A stretch of DNA of 64,000 nt, from the NCBI GenBank assembly GCA_040954595.2, contig CM082591.2, forward strand, positions 2,441,258 through 2,505,257. Direction: 5' to 3'. Positions 30,159-43,511 of the stretch are shown one piece after another; position 1 is the stretch's first letter; each line of letters opens with the position of its first letter. The notes below the pieces were generated by a model. That model saw nothing but the letters and a program-made list of their open reading frames with translations. It was not told the DNA's origin and made no database searches. The stretch comes from Balanoglossus misakiensis (lineage: Eukaryota > Animalia > Hemichordata). The translations under genes and the position numbers were made by a program.

Positions 30159-32696
30159 ATTAGGGTTCGAAAGAATTAATTGGACTTAAGTAGAGTTTGA
30201 TTAAGCTTTGACGCCGAACAATACTTCTAATGAATACTATACATTTGGGAAAACAGATCGCGGACAAACTTTATTAATTAGCTATTTTCCCTCAGCTTTT
30301 CGGGGATAATGACTACTAAAAAGGGATGACTCCGGGAAAAGAATAAATCTCGTGTGTATATGTGTAATTATGATATGCATCATGCAACGGGCGACACTTC
30401 ACTGTGATTGGCACTACGAATCCATCAGGCAACTAATTCGCAGGAAATGACCAACCAAACACCTTGTAAATTTCAACACACCGTCGTTCCGCTAATAGCA
30501 CCCACCTATAAGCAAGTTTCCCTTCTCTCTGTAGTCTGCTCAAGTTAAAATCTCCACATTTTGAAATTCCGAAACGATTGTTGATTTGCATTCACCGCGG
30601 TCACTCATTGCCGTGACGAGATATGCTCCCATTTCAAAATCGTGCTGTTATCGCGCAAAATATCCCGCGCAGACGACAAAAAGTTTTCGGCGGGAAAGCG
30701 TTTTTCTGTCGATGAAAGAAAAGTTAATTAGCAGTGCTGCTGATTCACTCGAACTTCTGGCGAATTAACTCGGCTGGTGTGCCCGGTATAATAATGCACA
30801 AGCCCAGCTGCGTTGTGGCCTGCGCCAGTCTCGTGTTTGCACTCAAGCAGAAAGACTCATAATTACTCACTCGGTGGACATGGTCTTACCGACCGTTCAT
30901 TGGAAAGGAGGATCGATTCCCCTCATCCTAGCGGGCAGGGAATTTGCTATAAACTCACTCAAGCGAACGCCATGAGATAAGCTCTCGCATGTTTTGAGTC
31001 AGTCAATCTTAGTAATACGGGTCCCAAATAATCGTTACTTTACGTGGAATTATCTCCACGTATTATCTTCTGCGAGTTTACTCAATCAATTTTCTTTAGA
31101 TCGGAGGCGATTCCCGCCAAAACGGAGACGCGGACGACATATCAGGCAAGTACTCGGACCGAGAAACGGACACACAGTATCAACTTCAGATTAAAGTGCA
31201 ACAAATCCGTTCAAAGTGAAAACGTCGAGTTTGTTTAGTGGCAAAAACGAGACAACAGAAAGTGTTTGTGTAGAATTCAAAATATTACACGTAAGATGAC
31301 AAACAGATAAAACAAACACAAAAATTGTGCATCAGGCAGAGAGATATCACATAAAGTGTCTGGCCAGCTGCGGCAACGCTCCCATGAGAGATACTTCTTA
31401 TCTATTTCATATTTTAGAGCAAGTTTATTTGACCCGTGCCTATCCTTTATGGCACACGGCAAAACATAATGAGGTACCCGATAAAACCGAATAAAGACCG
31501 TTCAAATAGCAATGCTACGGGGCTTTAACTGTAATATGTCATTCTTAAAATGGAGACATTGTTTTAAGCTCACTTGCGCACGTGCGAGGAATTGTCACAA
31601 CAGTCAGTGTACTAAAACACAAAATAGTAACATTTAAAATGCTTTATCTCTGTATATATGTAGATGGCTTGCTCCTGGTACATGCTTATCGCGTTAGTCT
31701 GTGGGACTATAAATATGAATTTTGTATGAGTAATTTCAGTTGCCGCCATTTTGTGTACTTTCTGTCGGCGCATATTTGTAGTTCAATTTTTCATGACAAA
31801 ATTTATCGCGTTGCATGGGGAGATCGCATTATACCTACATGACTAAAATGAAATGCCAAATGTATGTTTGTACGTGTATCATGATACAAGACTTTGAATA
31901 AATTGAACACACAATGATTTCTGATTCGGCTGCAGACAACACACTCAACTTAGAAAAACTTTAGTGAGGTTGTCTTTCTTTGATGCTGTTGACATTGTTC
32001 GCACAGAACAGGCGTCCGCGTCTTCATTAATTAGGCACTTGAAGAGACAACAAAGGTTACAGCAAATCACCTATATGCCATTGGCGACTTTAATTAGACA
32101 CAAATTGAATCGACAAACCACGTGATATATGCCGAATAAAAGACAAGGTCGATACGCCTATTTCACGCCGCGTTTTCTGGCCTTGAATTAGAGCCCTGGT
32201 GGAAAGTAACAACCATGAACGTGTAATCATGTGTGGTCATCAATCGGCACGTAGATTCATCGTTTTCACGATTTTTTTCCTGGAAAATATTTCGTCCATT
32301 TTAAACCACTGGCCTTCACTGTGACAGCAGTAATTCTGTCAAGATGTTTGGAATTAAGTCACAATGTACATATTAAAGAATAGCGTGGCTTGTCATTCAT
32401 GTCTTCAGCTTCTATTATTAATCAAAATCTTAACAAACTGTCTCTTTATTTGATTAATTTCATGGCATTGTACGTTAGGATCTACCAAAAGTTGAGTGGT
32501 CTGAATGTGTCTTTAGTTGACACGCTTTCAAAAGTTGTCTAACTTTAAAACGTGATTACCTGAACCCTACACGATCTAGCAATACTCTTGCAACAGAAAC
32601 TTTTGTCTTTATTTACAATATTATAAAGGCTATCGCAATAGCGTCTACATAAGATTATCTCAATAAATTTCTGAGTGATTTTAAAGAGATAACTGC

Positions 32697-32798
<102 letters not shown>

Positions 32799-34568
32799 AA
32801 ACAACATCTAATTCCTGACTCGGAAGGTAAACACACTCCTGTCAGAAGTGCCTGACTTTCCGGTCTGCTGAGCCGGACGACAACTCTAACGGCTGAGATG
32901 CCGGGCACCGAGGGAGACAACCTACACCCGAATCCGTATACACACGATGCACTCACCGCCCGGGGGCCAAGCGAGCCATCGACCGGTCCACTGTGACATC
33001 AACCGACGCGGGAATGGAAGCAATCGACGAGCTGGCTTCATTTATGGCCAGCTCTGTCACCGTGAAACTCCACCCGAGGGTTGTTTGACAAAGGAAATAC
33101 GGTGGAAACGAGCAGGAGATATAAAATCTGAAGTGTAGACTTATCAATCGCTTTCTAATTGAAGAGCAATAACGCGAACAGCAAAACACACACGAGTTTT
33201 TTTTCTATATGATAATTTCTATGACGATCTCGAATCACCATTTTATTTCAATCTGAAGTCAGACGCCAGGTGATGACTTCAAGTAAGAACATAGTCATTT
33301 TCGTGTCAGCGTTAAATGTTACACGGCACAGACACGCCACGATTCACACTTCCCTGTATGTCAAACGCAGATCATGCATATTGGAATGTTTGCCACGGGG
33401 ATGGAGGTGCAATTACAGTGGATTTTGAAAATGAAATCGTACACAGCGTGTACATATCAATTGAATTGCTACTTTAATTGAGTTGCTTTTCAATTTAGTC
33501 TATTTACCATTGACCTTCTAATGATAATTGAATACTTTAAAAGTTGATACAAACTTCCTCTTTACATCTGCAACGATTGTCTGTCTCTCTGTCTGTCTGT
33601 CTGCCTGTCCACACAGAAGTTTGTCTGTATTTTAAAATTTGTATACGCTTTTCCTATCTTTGTCCTCGTGCCTTTCGGTTTTTCATCCGTACGCGGAAAT
33701 ACACGTGTGTGTTGGTTTAATATGAGAGCAGCCCCCCTGTAGCGAGGATCACAAAAACCTTCAGACAGATGTTTGGATATGCATCCTGAAGCCTATAGCA
33801 AAGTTTGGGAGTGATTACGATCTCGTGTCGTCGCTTGGCTGCGCGTTCTGTCACAACGACGAGTTTTCTGCGTTTTTATCCCAAGACACTTATCGCCAAG
33901 CTTTTGCAAACTCTCTCGGCTGAGGTAACTCTTTTGTATGGTCAATTTGGGTCCAAAGACGGCATGGGCGAAGCCGAAGAACCAAGTGTTTCTAAAATTG
34001 GTCCGTAACAAAACAACACTTATTATGCTGAACTCTAAGTTATAGAACCCGCTAAGCAGAGTTCTAGGGGATATAAAATTAACACAAACTTCAGAGGGTT
34101 GATCGCTTCTTTGTTCAATTCTTCCTCGTCAAAAGGACCAAGCAATTACAGTTATTGGCCAAAGCTGACAATGTAACCGGTCGTAGGCGTTAGCTTTAAG
34201 AACGCACCCTAGAATCGTATTATACAACACACGCCAATCAGTCCCATAGAATGCAACAACGAGACGCAATTAAATGAAAACCATTTCACAAATTAAAAGT
34301 AACACTGGAACAATTTTCAGGTAATTATTAGCAAGCCAAACCCTCATCGCGTGCCACTTTTCCTTCTGTCTCGGGCAAGGGGTATAAAAGTTTAAAGCGC
34401 CCGGTTGATGTGCACTTGGGACCGATAACATATATGTGTTGACTTAATTTTGCTCTCCAATAAGTCTGTCACTTGGGATAATACCAAACTGTGTTCAGAT
34501 GCGAACAGTTAGACTATGAACAAGTGCACGGTTGATACATTGTGTCTGATATGTAGCTGTCTTTGTCA

Positions 34569-34673
34569 TGTCTGTCTGCCTGCCTGCCTGCCTGCCTGTC
34601 TATCTGTCTGTCTGTGTGTCTGTCTGTCTATCTGTCAGACACACGCCTGTCTGTCTGTCTGTCTCTCTCTCTC
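34569..34673. repeat. (GTCT/GCCT)n and (CT)n compound microsatellite
   Basis: Direct reading. Confidence 0.85.
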
Positions 34674-37600
34674 ATCCTCTCTCATCCTCGAGCACTTGTA
34701 GCAACAAATCTAAGCAAACAACGGATCAAATGTCTCCGACAAAACCCAGTGAAATCGTCTGTAGGCACGTCGATTAAATTAGAATGAATTGTTAAGAAGA
34801 ACGCAGACGACAGCAGACATGAATGGGGAATTACGCTTAATTTTCAATTTGTCCGTTTCTGGTCTCGTTTTACGACGATATAAGTAAAACTAATTATATA
34901 ATTGAATTAAGGCCTGCTCCAAGGGACGAGGCAGCCTCTTAACGCGAGGCGGCTTCACATCGCAGTGGAAAGGCCCACGCCTCCGTGATTACTACTCAAT
35001 TTTTCATTACGCTGATCAATTAAATGGTGTTGGAACATTTCCCCCAATTTTCGCTTATTGGTCTTCATTATGGTGGTGATGTATTCATTGGATGTTATCG
35101 TTTTGGTTTTGTGAGAGAAGGGCTTTCAAGCGGCATTGGCGATGGTGGTGATGATGTTGATGTTGTCCATGATGACGCTGATGATGATAATGATGCGTGG
35201 TGGTAGTGGTGGTGTTATTTAGTCCACCAGTATTCGTCCCCCTTTTCCGGTGACAACATTTCCTGCAACATCAATCATCGGCTCATCCTCCAGGTCCAGT
35301 CCCGTTTCGAGATCGTACGTTGACAGGCAGGCAGATCGTGTTATGATTCTTTAGAAATCCCTCGTCTCGTACCAACGCTTAATGTGTACTTTAGCCATCC
35401 CCGTAGCCATATCAACGGCAACAACTTCGTGTTAGCACCCTGGTTGGTTCAATCCCCGTGCCAAACGCCATTGAGTCCATCTGCTTGTCGCTTAGCAAAA
35501 CTCACGCCCGAATTCGACGAAATATTTTTAATCAGGGGCAATAAAATTTAGGTGTTTTCGGCAAAGAAACGCGTTTTCATAATCCCAGTTGTTGTTTCGG
35601 TGACCCGAGCGACAGAAGTACAGTAACAAGTCAGGTTCCGTTATTCCAAATACACAATCGCGTTCAATTCATTGAAAATGCAAAACGGTCTTGTAATATT
35701 ATGAAGATATCATGAGTTGTTTAGACTCAATTTACTCCCTAAGAACGCTCTCCCAAGCGTCATGGCCGCTTTGTTGGCAAAACGAATACACCAGACTCAG
35801 TCCACGCACCAAACTTTGGGTTGTCCTGAAATGACCGTCGCTGCATCACCAGTCTTGGCGGCCGTTGAAGACGCCTATTTTTGAGACCTTCACCGCGTAT
35901 ATAACGACCTTCAACAGTAGACCAGGTCCCGTGAGTTGTTAGCATATCCTACCGCCGTGACAGCGCGTATTCGTTGCGGGGAGTGCGCAGACGACAGCGG
36001 TTCGAGGCGATTTCCCGCGCCGCCGAAGCCCGCCATGACAGCCACCGAGCTCTCGCTGTCTCGCGTGGATGCGAACTGTACAACTGTGTCGTCTGCTCGC
36101 GCTCCCTTATCGTTTATATAGTTTGGCTATCTTTTTACAGCTCACTGACCGTGTTTGTCTCGTCCTGTTTTTGCGCCAATAAACCGAAAAACAAATCGGG
36201 GAAGACAGCTCTCCTCAGTTGGATAGCTATGGCTATATGAATTTATTTCTCCATCCATTGATCATGGCTAATTAAGTGGGAGAAACGATCCAATGCTCCG
36301 GTTAGCTGATCTGCACCGAGTGGAAGCAAGATCGACTGCAGTCACCCATGTAGTCAGGGAAGAGAGAAAAAAAAACCCGGCTCACTGACTCAGACACATA
36401 TTTGTGCCGATGCATCTGATATGCGAATTTGTGTGCCGAATCTGGCCACGGTGAACAGTTTTCACTGTGCATTTAATCAAGACAATTACATGGGCTAATT
36501 AACGCCGTTTTTGCGTGCGGCCGATTAGTCCAGGCTGGTTCAATAACAACAGACACACACACAAGGCAAAAAACGCTTCAGGAAATGAGATAGTGACTGG
36601 CGAAATGCGCAGCGTATTACTGACACGACAGTGAGCTTCGAGCTCACCGTTTTGTGTCCGGACGATTTGCCAGCCAGCACGTGAACAGTAAACTCCTGCG
36701 ATTCGATTCGCTTGTGCACACATCGTCTGCTTCAATGAAACCAACGCGCGCAATTATCCCTCATCTTATTATTTTTTTCTGTACTTTGAAACACCTCAAC
36801 CGGAAACCGTATACACAGTGAATTTCAACTTTTTGTTGATAAACATTTGCGAGATTGAATTAAGCTTTCAGATACCCAAGTCAAGTGGATGCTATGTTCC
36901 CTAGACTAAGTCACACCATTTCTGCAAAAATTTAAGAAAAAATCCATCGATAATAGATAACATGGGGAAATACGTCACACTTTTTCTTTGTAGAATGAAT
37001 TCAAGACAGAGAACCAGAATTCAGCGAAACACGTGGAGTTAGATTGACAGATGACGTCACTGATCTACTCCCATGTTCATTTCTCGATTTCCCGCCACGA
37101 CGACAAACACAAATGTAAGAAATGATGCAGGTTGTTCCTCTTGTTGGATAATCCCACTTCATTAGATTCACGCGATTGTTTCCATGCCACCAACCCCCTA
37201 TTCCTCCGCGCGCGTGCGTCTTTAATTATGTCAGAAACCTCAACTACAAAAAACATGAAATCCCAAAGACGCGCGGATAATCTTCGTTCCCGGGAAGATC
37301 CAATTCAAGCGTCGCATGACCGTTGCACGGGCCGACGGTTTCAATTTCACCGAATTTCTTGTCTCATTACGTGAAACGCGCCACATCCATACGGATTGGG
37401 TTAATTACAAGACGCGCAGCTCACAGTCAACTTGATTTCAATTTCGCCTGATTTGTGGTAAATGCAGATCGACTCAGACATCGCTCTGTGATGAGTTCAC
37501 TCCGCGATTTCCTATCGCATCCTAGTGTCACGGGAAATAAGAACTTCGGAAAGCATCAGGGGCGGGCCAATTGTTTTCAAGGGAGTGTTGTTTTCACGAA

Positions 37601-39269
37601 ACAAAAGGCTGCATCAAGTTCGAAATCCTACAAAAATGGAACTTCAAACTTCTGACTGTGTTAATATATATATATTCATGAGCAAAAAAACTTCAGATAC
37701 AAACCGAATTACGCCAAAAATTTAACACACTTTACAAATATAGTAAAGAATTGAAATGTTTGGAAGACCAGCATTTTCTGAAAATCTACCCGCGTACTAC
37801 CTTAAGTCGCTAAGTTGTCGGTCACCCACGCCACCTTACTGCGCCTGCGTGGACCTGACACCAAACAGTATCATAACTCGACAGCAGAGTGCTTTTTCAG
37901 CAAAACCTCTTACTTATCAATAGCATGATTATCGCATTGATGAGTTCGAGTGCAAATACACCGAAAACGCGATACACCAAACCATGATCTTAATTCCTTT
38001 CATACCAGGTGCATTGCCATGGAAACATGGGGATTAAACTCTCTTCAATTTGATTAGGCTATAAATTTACGTTCCCCCTTAAAGCCAAGTTTCGAAGCGG
38101 ATACACTAAAAATAATACTAGATTTTATCCCGGTAATAAATTTTAAAAATCTCAACATAAATGAAGAGAAAAAAAAACTTCTGCTGAGAAAGTTTTAGCA
38201 TGAACTAACGGAATCACTAAGAAAACGCAATACCAGTAACTTTGACCAGGGCACTAGCGTTTATTATGAATTTCCGTTAAATTTGCTTATTGCGTCTCTT
38301 GCCTCTGGCGATTATTTGATTTTTAGGATAACCGTTGAGGATGATAACAACTCAGGGATTCCTTAATCAAATGTTCCTAAGTGCGCTTCGATACACACAT
38401 CCGTCCATTGCACCGAATTCGTTCCACCTTTCTGGTGAATTTTGATAAATATCGCATTTTCACTTTACATAGATAGAGCACGTCAGTCATTCGTGTAAGT
38501 TGGATTTTTTTTTCAATTTGAAAGCAGTGTCCATTTTCGTTTGCTTGTTGTGTTTGTGGCTATTTTTTTGTTTGCGTTTGCGCAGTGTGCTTGTTTTAAT
38601 TGTCTGTTTTTGTTTTCTTTGCGACGGCAGAATCTTTAATACCCAACAACATTATGTTGTCTGGAAAGTTACGGAATAGTTTTAATATGTTTCAGTTTTG
38701 ATTTTTTCCATAACTTTTAATTTTGCAACGTTTTTAAAGGTTTGTTACCCACACTCAGCAAATATATAATAACGCTTACCTTTGAAAAAAAAACTTCACT
38801 GGCACCAGTTCTGGAATGACCAATCTGTATTCAAAACCTCTTCCCGGAAAAGCCACGATTCTGGAAGTAATTACACGAGTGAAGTTGTCAAGTTATTTGG
38901 GATGCTCCCGGCTTGTAAATTCTGATTATAATGATAATCCCAAACTCCAAGAAAATCAGATCAACACAAAACACACAAAGGTGAGATAATCTTCAGAACA
39001 CAGCGGTGTATGGGTCAGTAAACAATGTTGATGATTCATGAATCCGAGTTAAGAATGATTAAGAATCCAATTGGCTGTTCTACTTGGTCTATTGACATTG
39101 AAAATATAGATACGCTCATTATCTTGTGACACGTGTCGGATGGACGCGCGCGCGTCTGGGCGCGGCACAAACACGCGCGCGCGTTACTGAAATGTGCAAG
39201 AATGGTTCTCATGCAGGAATGAAAGAAAAACATAAAGGCATTTACAGTTATGATCATTCATTCGTTGAC

Positions 39270-39350
39270 AAACAACAACAGCAGCAGCAACAACATCAAC
39301 ATCAACTTGACAACAACAACAACATCACCATCATCATCAACCACCACCAC
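39270..39350. repeat. (CAA/CAG/CAT/CAC)n compound trinucleotide repeat
   Basis: Direct reading. Confidence 0.8.
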
Positions 39351-42300
39351 GAAGCATTTGATTACGTTGAATGTCAAAACCCATGAATAAGTTTGACTTT
39401 TCGATAAGAAAAAAGCGTCCAGAAACAATGTTAAAAGTTGGGAATTGAGATACGCATTATTTTCAATGACGTCATCGTCAGGAACCTAATGCTCTGTTAA
39501 TTATACGGTTACATTCTTTGCTATTTTAACGTTACTTTGATGAGTTTTCTATCGATCGTACCAGAGAATTCGTTTACGCTTGAGTAAAGCGTGATGTGGT
39601 ATTGTTCGTGATCAGAGAACACCAATTCTGTCAGGCAGTGTGACGTAATTCTCTGCGTAAAAATACACGTCATCGCTACTGTGTTACGCAGACAACATTT
39701 GTTGATAACAGAAGCAGAGTTATAACGATCGATTATTCATCGGTCATCAATTAGCAAATATGCATGTTCGGGATTAATTCAAGTCCGGACTTATTCTTTT
39801 AAATTTGCATGGTCTGCGCAGGCCCTGTAGGAACGCTAGGAAGCACACGAGAAGTTTGCGTTGCGTATTACAAATATTTGATAAAAAATATCCGATATAT
39901 CTCTCTCAAGTACAATGTTGTTCCGATACGCCATCCAGCATGTGGTGTTTGTGGAGAACTCAAGAGGACCTTCCCTATTGGCGGGAAGCCGCTGATAGGA
40001 GTGTTAAATACGAAGCCATATCCACGCATGTGTATTATACGATGGTGTCTTGTAGCTCCGAAATACATTATTATATCATAGGGTATAGTTTATGTTATCA
40101 AAATAACTTTTGATGAGAACAGAGAAAAACAGGTGAAAAATAGAAAATGAAGAATTTTCATGTTTTTTTTTTAATTTCTCTGAGAGAAATGTCCCACACC
40201 CACATAAATTATCGTCATATTCATTTTCGCCGTTCGTCAGAAACCGCGTCCGTATCGCAAAAACTTCAGTGCTCATATCAATCATCCCTGAAACACAACA
40301 ACAGCTAATGAAGTGTATATTAAATATGTCTTATCGCGCCAAATTATTGCACTGGGAAATGTCTCCGGCTGTCGTAGCGCTCTGCTCGGCGATGAGCGGT
40401 CCAATGAGATCCCTTCGTTGTCTGTCAATTTTGAGTTACGTGGATACCCCTACAGTTTGAGAGTACTGGTTCATTTGATTTTGATCCGAGCTGACAAGAC
40501 ACATTCCTACCCGTAACACTTTAATACCGCTACAGCGGACATAGTGGTAAGTTTATTGTCCATTTTTTTACGATTTTTATCTAAAATTAACCTCCAAGTC
40601 GTGCGGCTACCGGAATTGAATTTTCTGTCTCAATTTCTCTCGCAACGCTCTCAATATGCAAAACGCTTCGGGGGGTTGGGATGTGTTCAATACGAAAGGG
40701 TTGATAACGGTCGTACGAGTACATCGCGGACGAAAAAGTATGGTGTATTGACGGTCTAATGTTAGCATCGCGCCGGTAAATGCGTTTACATCTTTCGTTC
40801 TTGCTGCTGTGACGAGTACCTGGTGAATTTGAGAGCCACGCGCGCGCGAGAGGGAGAGAGAGCGCGCGCGCGACAACTCCTCCAAATTATACAGTTAATG
40901 AAATTTAGAACACCAGTAGGTTGTTTAAAGCGCCCCTTTTACAAGCAATATATGGCTATATAATAGGTTTCGGTTCGACATCAACACTATACCGAGGTTG
41001 CTCCATGTCGTGTGGAAGATCATTACTTTTGACGGGTGATTCCGTCGCCATAGAAACTGATGGTCCGCGGTAATCCTTAGGTGGCCCTAGCGAGCGACAG
41101 CCCCCTGTACTGAAAACAATTCTCACTTCTCAGCAAGGTGGGCTTGTGGAAAATGTGGGCAGTTAAAACCGAAAATGGTGAGGCGTCACGCATTGCTACA
41201 AACCGATTAAATATGTACAGTTGATTTAAATTCATTCACTTCAAATAAAAACCCTGTAATTATCATGACTTCCATTTATTCGTTTGTTATTAATTCCTCA
41301 ACGAACAGCTACTCCGTCTCATTTTAACGAACCATATACACATGTACTGTATATCGCCGACTGCGAAGTCTATACGCTCAATGACATTGCTATGTTATTT
41401 AATGTTAAAACCTAAAATCGTTTTAATAACGTACCCCTCACATCCAACCAATTTTGCCTATATTGACGTATGATAGTGCTTCTACAATTTCTAAAACAAA
41501 AATATGACAATTGTTATTATCGTTTATACATATCCTCAACAGAAAACAAAATAGGAACATTCCTACAAGCACTCAAAACATTGAAAACACCTCTTGGCGA
41601 TTAAAGACCAATTTAACGTTATCAATATGGATGTTATTGTCTAACATGCAACTGGATCATTCTGCTTTCATCTGAACATCATGACTTATTTTATCAAAAC
41701 ACAAATCAACAAGAGGAATGCTAAACAGACAGCGTTGCTTCGATTGATGAAACGTGACTCCAACATGTCTGACTGCTGTACAGTGCATGTCGCCACATTT
41801 TGTCGTTTCACAATTAAATTTGTTACTTAAAATTTTATTTGTATCAGATTTGCAACTGTTTTCCCGCCTTGCTATAGAAATCCAAAATTTCCATATTTCT
41901 TCACCACTGTCAGTGTCTTTATCCACCAAAAATTTGCAACACCTTTCTTATCAACGTCTGCTTTCCAAAAAATCTAACAATACTTGGATTATTTTTATTT
42001 TTTGAAAATATTCTCCTGATTTTGGCGGGAAGAATCAGACTACAGAAAGGCTTGTCGAGTGTTCTTATTCGCAACAAAAGGAAATATCACATAGGTCTAC
42101 TTTGTTTGGGTAGCATTGTACATATTTCATTGTTCGGTGTCGCTATCGTCTATTCTCGTTATTGCGTCGTGAGAATGCTACGAAACCTCAGTTGGCTTAG
42201 AAACTCCACTAAGCGCCAAAAAGGCATCTCGACTTTTTCACCTTCTCTTGATCCCCTTGTAGAGATGTCAAAATCCACAATTTTTTCAATCGCTCGAAAA

Positions 42301-43309
42301 GGTTGCCATGGCTGGTGCACAATGGCGCAGCCGGTGCGTTTTGATGAGATTGTCAGAAATTGAAGCTGCCTACGCCGATGGAATTCTGCATCGTCAGCCG
42401 GAAACATTTTTGCCGCCATAGCCAGGCAACATTCATGTCACACACTTTTGTTCTCGGTCGTGTGAAAACACTATAGTTTTCCGAGTTGTTGCTGTCGCTA
42501 TGATCATTTTGGGCGAAAATAAGCACTTGTAGGTAACATTCACGCGGCATTTTGCACGGTTCGATTGCAACAGCCATATCGCGCGGAATCTGCATACACC
42601 TACAATAACAGCGCAGCACATCCGCCATATTGAATCTGTGAACCATGCGTGAGTTTTGTGTCACCGTGTCTTTTCACCTCCCTTTTCAGTCCTCATATCT
42701 TATATTTGAATTAAATAAGCTTCCGAATATTAAGGGAATCTAGTTGAACGATTAAGAAGAGGGCGCAAAATCAATTGTTTATTTGTGCTTTCCCCAGGGA
42801 CATAAACATACGGCGAATAGCAACGATTTAAATATGTGTCACACACATGCATTGTTCTCGTCGATAAACAAGAGAGAATTTAATCATAATTAAAACCGTA
42901 GGAAAGCTGAATATCATATAAGAACATCTCATTTTAACGTAATTGAAAATAAGCACATTTTTAATTTTAAAATACCACATTTTTATCGAATGATTTCACG
43001 TCGTAAGTGAAAATGCAAAATAGACTGAATACATTTTAATTTTTCACAGTTCGTACATACACTACCACAAATTGTTGACAATTTTTTCGTATTAATTAAT
43101 TATTCTACAAGTATTGAATTTCTATCAGCGTTGTATTGTTTTCGTGACGAGAACATGTGGCAGACGACATGTAGATTCAATTTTTTTATTAAATTTAAAA
43201 GAGTACACTCTACCCCCGGCTGCGATAAAAATAGCTTGCCTCTCAGGCGGTCGACGGTATCATGTGTAAATCACACGGTGTGGTTGTTATCTGACAGTTA
43301 CTGTTCGGT

Positions 43310-43511
43310 CACAGACAGAAATTGTCGTCTGCCCGCGTAATTTCAATTTTTTGTAAAATGGTCGTATCCATTTTCGACTTAATTTTGAACTTTTAGATGA
43401 CGTCACGAGTGCCACAGACAGAAATTGTCGTCTGCCCGCGAAATTTTGATTTTTTTCAATATTCGTTTCCATTTTATACTTAATTTTGAACTTTTTAGCT
43501 GTCGTCACGAG
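43310..43511. repeat. Diverged tandem duplication, 2 x ~103 bp
   Basis: CACAGACAGAAATTGTCGTCTGCCCGCG...ACTTAATTTTGAACTTTT..CGTCACGAG occurs twice. Confidence 0.88.

Noticed and set aside
32956-33135. Possible minus-strand exon (donor GCG|GTGAGT)
   Set aside because: No recognisable protein similarity and no partner exons found.
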